Source: a virus (taxonomy: Duplodnaviria > Caudoviricetes). From it: DNA of 64,000 nucleotides. The notes beneath the pieces were generated by a model, which saw only the letters and a list, made by a program, of their open reading frames with translations, was not told the DNA's origin and ran no database searches. Below are positions 55,699-64,000 of this stretch, in pieces (position 1 is the first letter of the stretch; each line of letters begins with the position of its first letter). A program made the position numbers and the translations under genes. The DNA lies in IMG/VR virus record IMGVR_UViG_2595698868_000001, positions 64,001 to 128,000 of that record; one strand, given 5' to 3'.

Positions 55699-57024
55699 TC
55701 AGACCAGGACGGTGATGGTCTCGGCCGCGCGGGTCAGACCGGTGTAGAGATGCTTGTCGGCGTCATCACGGAAGACGCTGGACTCATCGATCAGCACGAC
55801 GTCGTCGAACTGCGAGCCCTGGACGTTGTGGACGGTGAGCGCCCAGGCGTAGTCCAGATGGATCAGCTTCTGCTTCGCCTTGTAGGCAGATCGCGAGTCG
55901 GCCGAGAACCCGTTCTTGCGAGCCGAGTAATGCTCCTCGAACAGGCCTTGGAAGACGGCCTTGTCGATGTAGCGAGCGCCGTCCTCATCTTCGAACGACA
56001 TCATCGTGGAGACCTTGCCGGGTTCCAGGTGAACTTGTTCGGTCAGGCAGGTGCCGAGCGTGCCGTTCACCAGCGAGGGATGCTCCTTGCTGTTCTTGCG
56101 CACGATCAGCGGCTCGCCGGCGGTAGGGCCGGGCGGCAGGCCTTCGCGGTACATTCGCGTGATGCGGAAGCGGGTGCGGTTCGTACCGACCAGGATTTGC
56201 GGACCGTCTGTACCGGCCGCGATCGCCGGTTCCGGATCGTAGTCCTCGCGGTTCATGACGCGCGCGCAGACCTTGCCTTCGCCGTTGACGTGCTCTCCCT
56301 TGGGCAAGTCCTTACCCTGACGCGCCAGCGTAGCGAGGCGGATGATCGGGTTGTCGGCGGCTTGGCGGTGGATTTCGGTCAGGAAGAAGTCGGGATCGCC
56401 GGCCGTCAGCCCCGGCTTGTCGCCGACCGGCGGAAGCTGACCGGGATCGCCCATCGCCAGGATCGGCACGCCGAACGACATCAGGTCTTTCGCCATGTCG
56501 AAGCCGACCATCGACGCCTCGTCGACGACGATGCACTGCATGTCCTTGATCGGGCTGTCGATGTTCAATTGGAAATTGATCTTGTCCTCGTTGTAGAGGT
56601 TGTCCAGATCGCGCTCCAGCGAGCGGATTTCCGTAGTCAGCTTGTCGATCTCGTGCGCCGAGCCTTCGCCCGACTCGATCATCTTCTGGCGCTTGACTTG
56701 TCGCTCATAGAGTTCGGATTCGAGTTGGCTGACCGGCGCGGGCTTCGCGCGATAGATCGCCGAGTGAATTGTGGTGGCGTGCGGGTTGCCGTACTGCTGG
56801 GCAGCCAGCTTCTTGCGCATGATCTTCGCGGCCTTGCCGGTAGGCGCGCAGAAGGCGACGGAGTTGGGCTCGAAGCCCAGGTCCGTGAGAATGTGCGGAA
56901 GGATGGTCGACTTACCCGTACCGGCGTACCCACCGATGTAGGTCAGCGCCTCCGGATAGGCGCCCTTCAGGCGTGCGACCACAGTGCGAACCGCGTCGCC
57001 CTGGTGTTCAGTGAGCGTCGTCAT
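55699..57024 (-). CDS. SF1B (RecD/Dda-like) helicase
   Basis: GYAGTGKS, VVDEASM, GDPGQLPPV, TVHNVQGSQF and YTGLTRA. Confidence 0.9.
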   Translation of the reverse strand: MTTLTEHQGDAVRTVVARLKGAYPEALTYIGGYAGTGKSTILPHILTDLGFEPNSVAFCAPTGKAAKIMRKKLAAQQYGNPHATTIHSAIYRAKPAPVSQLESELYERQVKRQKMIESGEGSAHEIDKLTTEIRSLERDLDNLYNEDKINFQLNIDSPIKDMQCIVVDEASMVGFDMAKDLMSFGVPILAMGDPGQLPPVGDKPGLTAGDPDFFLTEIHRQAADNPIIRLATLARQGKDLPKGEHVNGEGKVCARVMNREDYDPEPAIAAGTDGPQILVGTNRTRFRITRMYREGLPPGPTAGEPLIVRKNSKEHPSLVNGTLGTCLTEQVHLEPGKVSTMMSFEDEDGARYIDKAVFQGLFEEHYSARKNGFSADSRSAYKAKQKLIHLDYAWALTVHNVQGSQFDDVVLIDESSVFRDDADKHLYTGLTRAAETITVLV

Positions 57025-57093
57025 CGGGTATCGGGGAATAGGAGTTGAAGATGCCCCGCCGACCGAAGTCGGCGGGGTTCGCTTCAGGACCGC

Positions 57094-58101
57094 TTAGAAG
57101 CGACGACCGCGCGGCTCGCCGCCGCCGGCGGGCGCCGGAGCACGGGCGGGAGCAGCCGCCGGCGCGGGACGCGGGGCCGGAGCACGAGCAGCCGGGGCAG
57201 CGGCCGGACGGGCAGCGGGAGCAGCCGCCGGGGCAGGACGCGAAGCCGGGGCACGGGCCGGAGCGGCGGCCGGGGCTTCACGACGACCGCCACGCGGAGC
57301 CGGCGCCGGAGCGGGCTCGGGTTCCGGAGCGGCTTCTTCGACGTACTGGTCGTCGGCGCCCTGGTCGTCCGCGTACTGCTGGTCATCGTAGCCGGCGTCG
57401 CCCGGTTCGGCGTAGTCGTCCGCGCCGGCGTCGCCCTGGTCGTAATCTTCCGGAGCGCCTTCGGCCATGGCCAGGAGTTCCGATTCCGGCAGCCAGCCCA
57501 GAATCTTAAAGGACGGGGCGTACTTCTTGATCTTGCGGCCGTAGGGCTTGCCGTCGTCGTCACGCTCCTGGGTCTCGAACGAGGTCGAGCCGAACTCGAT
57601 CACCGGCAGGCAGCCGGGGTTGTTGCGGAAGTTGCGGCCGAAGTCCTTCAGGAACGCTTCCAGGGCGTTCATCTTGGACTTGTTGTTCGCCTGGAACAGC
57701 AGGTTCAGGAACTCGCCTTCGATCGTCTTGAACTCGATCGTCTTCTGCTCCACCCAGCCTTCGCCCTTGCGGTACGGGCCGTGGTCGGTCAGAGCGTGCT
57801 TCGGCGGAGGAGTGCCTTCCTCCAGCGACAGCATGATCTCTTCCTTGGGCTTGCCGTCGATCCAGCAAATCCAGCCGCGCTTCAGGCTGCGCGGGTTGAC
57901 GGCGGCCTGGGTGCCGACGTCCAGCGGGATGTCTTCGGCGCCGTAGCTGTAGTGGCCGTCGTTGCCGTTGAACTTCAGGAAGTTCACGCCATCGCTGCCA
58001 CCACGGTAGCCTTCGGCTTCAGCCGCCAGAGCGGCGTAGTAGTCGTCCGCCGACAGAGCCACGGCGGTGTTGTTGTTGCGCAGAGCGACTTGGTTGGTCA
58101 T
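57094..58101 (-). CDS. putative ssDNA-binding protein
   Basis: FLKFNG, GWICW, acidic then Pro/Ala-rich tail ending in RF; located in the replication block. Confidence 0.55.
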   Translation of the reverse strand: MTNQVALRNNNTAVALSADDYYAALAAEAEGYRGGSDGVNFLKFNGNDGHYSYGAEDIPLDVGTQAAVNPRSLKRGWICWIDGKPKEEIMLSLEEGTPPPKHALTDHGPYRKGEGWVEQKTIEFKTIEGEFLNLLFQANNKSKMNALEAFLKDFGRNFRNNPGCLPVIEFGSTSFETQERDDDGKPYGRKIKKYAPSFKILGWLPESELLAMAEGAPEDYDQGDAGADDYAEPGDAGYDDQQYADDQGADDQYVEEAAPEPEPAPAPAPRGGRREAPAAAPARAPASRPAPAAAPAARPAAAPAARAPAPRPAPAAAPARAPAPAGGGEPRGRRF

Positions 58102-58232
58102 CTGGTTTTCTACTTCTAAGTCTTTTCTGGTGGGATGCTGCCCGGTCGGGATGACCGGGCAGTTCTAGGACCTTCGTCTAAGTCCAAATCTAGGTGCTGT
58201 TACTGGTGCTGTTTCTAGTTCTAGTTTAGCCG

Positions 58233-59330
58233 TTACTCTTCGTCGGCGTTACGAGGCCCCTTTTCGGAGATGGACAGACGGCTGTGCCCTTCGCCGACCT
58301 TCGTGAAGTCTTCGACAGGGATGCCTGCTGCGCGCATTGCTTCCACGTCATAGGTCTTGCGACCCTTCACCCAGGAGATCGAGACCTTGGCGACATCGGG
58401 TACCTCGACACGCCGAACCCCAACGTCGCTGAACCATTGCTTAAGCTTCTCTGAAGCCAGCTTGTGCTCAGCTTCCGCAGCCTTCTTCGCAGCGGACGCC
58501 GCCCGCTCATCGCGAATAAGGCTCTCGGCCTCTTCCATCAGCGCGAGCGAAGTGTTCTTCGCGTTCGCCTCCCCTTCCGTGGGGGTCGCGCGGCCGTTGG
58601 CCTTCGCGCACTCGGTGGTGAACGGGCAGTATTCGCAACCGCCGTCCACCTTGCCCTCGGAGAAGATTTCGCTGACGTTCTTGATCTCGTAGACCGACCG
58701 GGCGCGCGCCTTCGCGGCGTCGTAGGTCTTCTGGTCGAACGGGACGACGAAGATTTCGATATCGTCGAAGAAGCTGGCGTCGACGTAGACGATCACAGCA
58801 TAGTTCGGGCGATACTCCGTCGTCTCGCGGGTGATTCCCATTTGAACGATCGTTTGACCCCGGTGAATCGCCTTCTCCTCCTTCAAGTTCACGCGCGGGT
58901 CGATGGACTTGATTTCGAAGTTGAAGCAGCCGGTGCCGCCCAGGGACGGGATGCCGTAGAGTTCCAGGGCATCGTCGTCAGCATCGACCACCAGACCGTC
59001 GGGCGTCGCCGTCAGAGGCGCATCAGGAGCCTTGAGCGTCTTCTGGTCCTGGCCGCCCCAGATCAGGCGGGCGTCGTTGTAGTAGGTCTCCAGGAACCAC
59101 TTGATCGCGGGCTCGGCGAAGTGACCTTCGATCAGGTCCCCGCGTTGCAGCGCGCCCCACGACTCCTTATAGTCGGCGTTCTTGGGATAGTTGTTCTTCG
59201 AGAACCAGACCTTACGGAGGCAACCGAAGGCTTCCGAGGCGCCGACCGTCTTGGAACGATCGTGAGCCCAGACCTTCTGGTGGCTCTTCACGTAGGTGTC
59301 GTAGCCCTCGAAAAAGTCGATAGCGGCCAT
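58233..59330 (-). CDS. Cas4-like PD-(D/E)XK exonuclease
   Basis: GASEAFGCLR, TPDGL, EIKS and CEYCPFTTEC Fe-S cysteines. Confidence 0.8.
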   Translation of the reverse strand: MAAIDFFEGYDTYVKSHQKVWAHDRSKTVGASEAFGCLRKVWFSKNNYPKNADYKESWGALQRGDLIEGHFAEPAIKWFLETYYNDARLIWGGQDQKTLKAPDAPLTATPDGLVVDADDDALELYGIPSLGGTGCFNFEIKSIDPRVNLKEEKAIHRGQTIVQMGITRETTEYRPNYAVIVYVDASFFDDIEIFVVPFDQKTYDAAKARARSVYEIKNVSEIFSEGKVDGGCEYCPFTTECAKANGRATPTEGEANAKNTSLALMEEAESLIRDERAASAAKKAAEAEHKLASEKLKQWFSDVGVRRVEVPDVAKVSISWVKGRKTYDVEAMRAAGIPVEDFTKVGEGHSRLSISEKGPRNADEE

Positions 59331-59434
59331 GAAAGGTGACTCCTAGGCGGGACGGAGATCGTCGTCGTCGTGGTCGAACAGCGACGCGAAGATGAGGAGG
59401 GCGAGCAGCAGCCCGGCGATCTGAAGGCCCCAGG

Positions 59435-60043
59435 TCATTCGGGAGCCGGCGAAGTCGCCGCCTGCTTGAGGTCGAAAAGGTGGAAGAAGAGGTCGCGGCA
59501 GTCGATCACGTCGCCGATGGCTTGGTGGGCGTCGGTCGGTTCACGGCCGAGCAGGTGGGGAATCGCTTGCTCCAGCTTGGGCCACGCGAACTCACCGCTA
59601 CGCTTCCACTTGCTCGGGAACTTGCAGACCGGCGTCGCCGCCAGCATGGTGCAGAAGGTCTTCTTTTCGGCGAAGACGTTCAGCACCGGGTTGCCCGAGA
59701 TCAGGCGCGCGGCGTTGTTGATGACGTTGATGTCGAACTCGATGTTGTGCGCGACTACCAGATCGGAGCCGAGGAGCATGTCGCAGAAGATGTCCAGCGC
59801 CGGGTCTTCGAAGACGCCGAACTTTTGAGACACTTCGGTGGACGTGCCGTGGACCTTCACCGAGGCCTCCGGAATCTCCTCCTTGCGATAGACGATCAGG
59901 TTGATGCTCTGGAGGACGCGGCGGGTAGCCGGGTCCACCTGCATCGCCGCAAGCTGGACGATGCGCGGCTGATCTTCGTGGCCGCAGGGCAGGTTCTTGT
60001 CCCAGAGGCCGGTGGTTTCGGTGTCGAAGAACAGGATCGCCAT
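59435..60043 (-). CDS. DEDDh 3'-5' exonuclease (DnaQ-like)
   Basis: DTETTG, AHNIEFD and AHQAIGD. Confidence 0.88.
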   Translation of the reverse strand: MAILFFDTETTGLWDKNLPCGHEDQPRIVQLAAMQVDPATRRVLQSINLIVYRKEEIPEASVKVHGTSTEVSQKFGVFEDPALDIFCDMLLGSDLVVAHNIEFDINVINNAARLISGNPVLNVFAEKKTFCTMLAATPVCKFPSKWKRSGEFAWPKLEQAIPHLLGREPTDAHQAIGDVIDCRDLFFHLFDLKQAATSPAPE

Positions 60044-60045
60044 GA

Positions 60046-60477
60046 TTAACGACCACCCTTCGGCGGATCGGTGCGATTCATGCGATCGCGCAGGTAGGTG
60101 ACAGCGGAGAGGTCAGCCACATCGATCTTGATGTTCGAGGTGACGCCGATGACCGGCTCCTCTTCGCTCTTGGCCTCTGCGCGGAACGGCGCGAGCGCAT
60201 AGGCGAAGAATTCCGCCCAGGCGCGGATCGTGGCGTAGACCGCGTAGTCGATCAGGATGGCGACGCCATAGAAGATCAGCCAGAAGAGGCCGAGAACGAT
60301 CGCGCTCTTGCGCAGGAAGGCGACGGTGTCGGCTGCGAACCAGTGCAGCCAAACATGACTGGTGTGGGCGCCGAAGTAGGCCAGAATGACGACGATCGCG
60401 GTAATCGTCAGCATGTTGGCATACCCGTCAGCCTCGCGCTTGAGGCTCGTGATGAAGGGGGTCGGGTCGGGGGTCAT
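60046..60477 (-). CDS. hypothetical membrane protein
   Basis: Two hydrophobic segments. Confidence 0.6.
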   Translation of the reverse strand: MTPDPTPFITSLKREADGYANMLTITAIVVILAYFGAHTSHVWLHWFAADTVAFLRKSAIVLGLFWLIFYGVAILIDYAVYATIRAWAEFFAYALAPFRAEAKSEEEPVIGVTSNIKIDVADLSAVTYLRDRMNRTDPPKGGR

Positions 60478-60554
60478 GTCGTTCTCGGAGGAGGCCCTTG
60501 TTAACCATACTGGCGCCGGGGTGTCAATAATCCTGGCCGCGAAATGTGACTCGT

Positions 60555-62921
60555 TTAGTGCGTGTCAGACCACCGATTACCGAACTGCACATCCACGTCG
60601 ACGGGGCAGCGGAAACCGAACTGCATACCGGCGTCGTAGGCAGCCGTGGTGATGTTGCGCTTGCAGATTTCCATGATTTCTGGATCATCGCGGACCGCGA
60701 CCTGGAGTTCGTCGTGAATCCACGCCAGGATGGCGAAGTGCCCATCCCATCCGTGGATCAGCCCGTCCTCCAAGCAGTAGTCGTAGAAGTTCACGCACCA
60801 CTGCTTGGCGATGGTCGCGCCGGCGCCTTGCAGCAGCGTGTTCAATGCGGCGTGCTGGGCGCGGACGAACAACTTGCGACCGTCCAAGGCATCCAGCATG
60901 CCAGACTTGGCCTCGCGCTGGATGTTCTTGACGACCTGACCCAGAGCGGGAATGCGCGTCATCAGGCGGCGGCGCATTTCGGCCCCGACGCGCTTGGCTT
61001 CCTGCGGCTTCATCGCCAGCGCCGGGTCGATGACGGTGCCCAGCTTGAAGTCCTGGGCGCCGTAGATCAGCGCGTAGATGAAGGTCTTGGCGGTGTCGCG
61101 GCTCTGGAGTTCCAGCGCGGCCGTGTGCAGGTCGTGGGGGTCGGAGTCAACAACCAGCTTGGCATAGACGCCGTTATCGAACTCGGCCATGAAGTGGCCG
61201 AGCGCACGCAGTTCAATGCCCTTTTGGTCGGCGCCCATGAGCTTCCAGCCCTTGGGGACATAGAAGAGCTTCCGGCAGTCGTAACCATGATCGCCGATGC
61301 GTCCGGTCAGCTTCTGCTTCTTGGTCTCGACCTTACCCTCGGCGTCCAGCACGAACTCGCCATGCTCGTCACGCTTGGGCGTGCCGAACAGTTGCTTGCC
61401 GTCAGGACCGCACAGCGGCGTCAGGTTCTCATCGTAGCCGATTTCCTCGCCGGCCTCGTTGAGGATCGGGATGCCGTAGATGATCTTGCCCAAGCGGAAG
61501 CGCGGCACGACGCCTTCTTCCACCCACTGCGCCAGCTTCTTGAAGACGACGCGCGGGACCTGCGCGATATTGGGATCGCTATGCGATGCACGATTCGTGA
61601 CTGTTCCGCCCACGTTGAAACGCGGGTGGATGCAGCCGTCATTACGCTCCATCGCCTTGCCGATCCAGCCGTTCTTGCCATCAACAAGCTGCCCAAGGCG
61701 CTTGTTCAGGTAGAACAGTTCGGCCAGTTCGTCGCAGATCGGGATCGTATGCGCCAGATCGCGCAGGACTTCGTCGTTAACCGCCGGCTGGCCGGTTTCC
61801 GTGAAGTCCTGAGGTTCCCACTGGTAGTTGAACTTCAAGCGGTCGATGATCTGCGGACGGCTGCCGGGGTTGAAGTCGGTGAGTTCCACCGGGCAGTACG
61901 GGCAACCTTCGGTGCGGTCGCCGCCCTTAGACCAGTCCTTGAACTTGACCGACTTCTTAGGGACCGTGATGTCGGCCCAGGCTTCACGCGAGTTGTCTTC
62001 GCCGTATTCGGTCTGCGGACGATAGGCAACCTTGGTCTTGAGCGGCTTGCCGTCGTCACCCAGGACAGGCTGGCCCGCCTCGTTGAGGACGGGCGTCGTG
62101 TACTCCTTGCCGATGACCTTTCGCTTGGACGGAATCCACCACTTGCCGAAGTGGGCGACAGCCTTGGCTTCCTTGACCTCGACTTCGGCGCGCAGTTCGG
62201 CTTCCAGTTCGCGGGCGGCATCGATGTCGAACGGGAAGCCGTTGTCGGTGACCTCGGCCATCAGCGCGTGGATGCGGTGCTCCAGCGTGATCGCGTCGTC
62301 CGAGTGGCGGCGCGGGTTGGCGACCATCAGGTGCCAGAGGGCTTCGTTGACGTTCAAGTCCTGAACGCAGTAGTCCTCCATCTCCTGGTTCCATTCGGAC
62401 CAGACGAGGCGGGTGACTTCGTCCTTGGCGAGGCCGGGATAGTTGGCCTTGATCTCCTCAGCCTTGGCCTTGGAGTAGTCGCCCTTGTGCAGGCCCAGAC
62501 GCTGACCCCAGGCTTCCAGGCCGTGACGACCGATCTGACCGCCGTCCAGTTCGCCACGCTTCCAGCGGCGGAAGTCCCGCTCCTTCTCGTCGGCGAAGAA
62601 GACGCGACTCAACACCATCGTGTCGCGGATCAGGGCGTTGACCTGGAACTCCGGATAGAAGAGTTCCAGCGCCGGGATATCGAACTCGACGATGTTGTGG
62701 CCGACGAGAACCTCGGCCTCGTTCAGCATCTGGATGCCGCGCGGGATGGTGTTCGTGCGCTTGTTCTGGCGGAAGACGTAGGTCTGCCGCGTGTCCAGGT
62801 CGCGGATCGCGAGGATATGGACACGCGACTTGACGGGATCGTCGCGATTGGCGCGCAGGTAGTCAAGAAGGCCCGTCGTTTCGATATCGAACAGGTAGCG
62901 CTTGCCGGCAGGGATGTACAT
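60555..62921 (-). CDS. family A DNA polymerase (T7-like)
   Basis: DIETTG and GHNIVEFD exo motifs; DQKGIELR (A), AKTFIYALIYG (B), WIHDELQ (C). Confidence 0.95.
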   Translation of the reverse strand: MYIPAGKRYLFDIETTGLLDYLRANRDDPVKSRVHILAIRDLDTRQTYVFRQNKRTNTIPRGIQMLNEAEVLVGHNIVEFDIPALELFYPEFQVNALIRDTMVLSRVFFADEKERDFRRWKRGELDGGQIGRHGLEAWGQRLGLHKGDYSKAKAEEIKANYPGLAKDEVTRLVWSEWNQEMEDYCVQDLNVNEALWHLMVANPRRHSDDAITLEHRIHALMAEVTDNGFPFDIDAARELEAELRAEVEVKEAKAVAHFGKWWIPSKRKVIGKEYTTPVLNEAGQPVLGDDGKPLKTKVAYRPQTEYGEDNSREAWADITVPKKSVKFKDWSKGGDRTEGCPYCPVELTDFNPGSRPQIIDRLKFNYQWEPQDFTETGQPAVNDEVLRDLAHTIPICDELAELFYLNKRLGQLVDGKNGWIGKAMERNDGCIHPRFNVGGTVTNRASHSDPNIAQVPRVVFKKLAQWVEEGVVPRFRLGKIIYGIPILNEAGEEIGYDENLTPLCGPDGKQLFGTPKRDEHGEFVLDAEGKVETKKQKLTGRIGDHGYDCRKLFYVPKGWKLMGADQKGIELRALGHFMAEFDNGVYAKLVVDSDPHDLHTAALELQSRDTAKTFIYALIYGAQDFKLGTVIDPALAMKPQEAKRVGAEMRRRLMTRIPALGQVVKNIQREAKSGMLDALDGRKLFVRAQHAALNTLLQGAGATIAKQWCVNFYDYCLEDGLIHGWDGHFAILAWIHDELQVAVRDDPEIMEICKRNITTAAYDAGMQFGFRCPVDVDVQFGNRWSDTH

Positions 62922-63961
62922 TAGGCGCGAGCCTCATGAAGGGCGCGGGCCACGCGTTCGCCGATGAAGCGCACGACGGGAACCGCCAGCGAGTTGCCAA
63001 TGGCGTAAAGGCGTTGGTCGCGGGTGGCGCCGGGGATGTCGGTGTAGCCGGGCGGCATGCCCATCAACACCTCGCACTCCTCCGGCATGATCACGCGGAT
63101 GTCGTAGCGGTCGGCGCCGCGATCCTTGCAGAGCACGTAGGCCTTGGACGATCCGCCTCCGGTGGTGCGCAGGCAGTTCGAGAGGGTGTCGCCTTGTTCG
63201 ATCTGCTGGCCGCTGAAGCCCTTGATCAGTCGACCACGGATGGCGATACGGTAAGCCGGGGCTTCAGTCCCTCCGTCAGTTCCGGGGAGAGATTCCGACC
63301 AGCGCTCCGCGCGTTCGCCAGCAGCGTCGCCTTCCGCTCGTTGCTCAAATAGGATGTCTCGGGGATCGATTCCGCCACGAGGGCACGCTGCAACGAAGAG
63401 GCGCGGCCGAGATTGGGCGAGGCCGAAATGTTGAGCGTCCAGGAGTCGCCATGCAACGGACCGCTTCGGCCCAAGCACGTAACCAGCGTTCGACCACCGA
63501 GACCCTGGCGGTCCTGGCGGGACGAGGGCGTCACCAAATTCTCCGCAGAGTTGAGCGAGGAATTGTCCGAAGGCGTTGTCGTCATCAGAGAGGAGGCCCT
63601 TGACGTTTTCGAAGATGAAGACCGGCGGGTCGATCTCATCGACGATGCGCAGGCCGGCGAGGGTGAGGATGCCGCGCGAACCGTTCAGGCCCTTCTTCTT
63701 GCCGGCGTCACTGAAGTCCTGGCAGGGAAACGAAGCCCAGAGCGCGTCGATTTTTCCGCGATAGGGGTAGCCGTCGATTTGCAGGATATCGCCCAGGTTC
63801 GGAACCGTGGGGTGACGCTCCTTGAGGAAGCGCGTAGGGAACGCGGCATTATCGGCTACGAAGCGCGGTTCATCCTCGAACCCAAGGCCCTTGAAGGCTA
63901 GGGAGGGGATTTCCACGCCCGAGCAGAGCGTACCGAGTGTGAGGAGAGGGAAGGTGGTCAT
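62921..63961 (-). CDS. DNA (cytosine-5) methyltransferase
   Basis: FPCQDFS, ENVKG, AQHFGLAQSRPRLF and IGNS. Confidence 0.9.
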   Translation of the reverse strand: MTTFPLLTLGTLCSGVEIPSLAFKGLGFEDEPRFVADNAAFPTRFLKERHPTVPNLGDILQIDGYPYRGKIDALWASFPCQDFSDAGKKKGLNGSRGILTLAGLRIVDEIDPPVFIFENVKGLLSDDDNAFGQFLAQLCGEFGDALVPPGPPGSRWSNAGYVLGPKRSVAWRLLDAQHFGLAQSRPRLFVAACPRGGIDPRDILFEQRAEGDAAGERAERWSESLPGTDGGTEAPAYRIAIRGRLIKGFSGQQIEQGDTLSNCLRTTGGGSSKAYVLCKDRGADRYDIRVIMPEECEVLMGMPPGYTDIPGATRDQRLYAIGNSLAVPVVRFIGERVARALHEARA

Positions 63962-64000
63962 CGGGGCCGGTATGGTTAACGGGTGCCAGGATTCCTGTCA

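Noticed and set aside
57110-57330. GC-rich tandem repeats
   Set aside because: They encode the Pro/Ala-rich low-complexity tail of the putative SSB
58233-59330. Cas4 as evidence of a CRISPR-Cas system
   Set aside because: Solo Cas4-like nucleases are common in phage replication modules; no cas1, cas2 or array in the window

Overview
GC-rich segment of a large tailed (siphovirus-like) phage genome. The host is probably alphaproteobacterial; the gene content resembles phiCbK-like Caulobacter phages, which is an inference. The + strand (1-42.6 kb) holds accessory genes (FkbM methyltransferase, metallophosphoesterase, peptide deformylase), a 12-tRNA operon, PhoH, neck/tail genes (tail tube, frameshifted chaperones, 2155-aa tape measure, GTA-like tail tip with a duplicated central tail protein, tail fibres), a glycosyltransferase cluster, an RNAP alpha-CTD/class II aaRS-like fusion and a lysis cassette. 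The - strand (43-64 kb) holds Ro60/TROVE, an XRE regulator, dUTPase, RNR beta-glutaredoxin, RNR alpha with an intein, ThyX, dNMP kinase, helicase, a putative SSB, exonucleases, a T7-like DNA polymerase and a C5 methyltransferase. Two non-coding systems stand out. (1) A ribosome-dependent attenuator precedes the tRNA operon; its leader peptide has 14 consecutive codons all read by tRNAs of that operon. (2) A tandem array of eight Y-RNA-like units lies directly upstream of Ro60; the units share a conserved scaffold but carry different, mostly circularly permuted, tRNA-like cargoes. Several atypical tRNAs, orphan structured RNAs and two recurring DNA motifs are also present. All calls come from reading the sequence by eye, with no database searches or folding programs.
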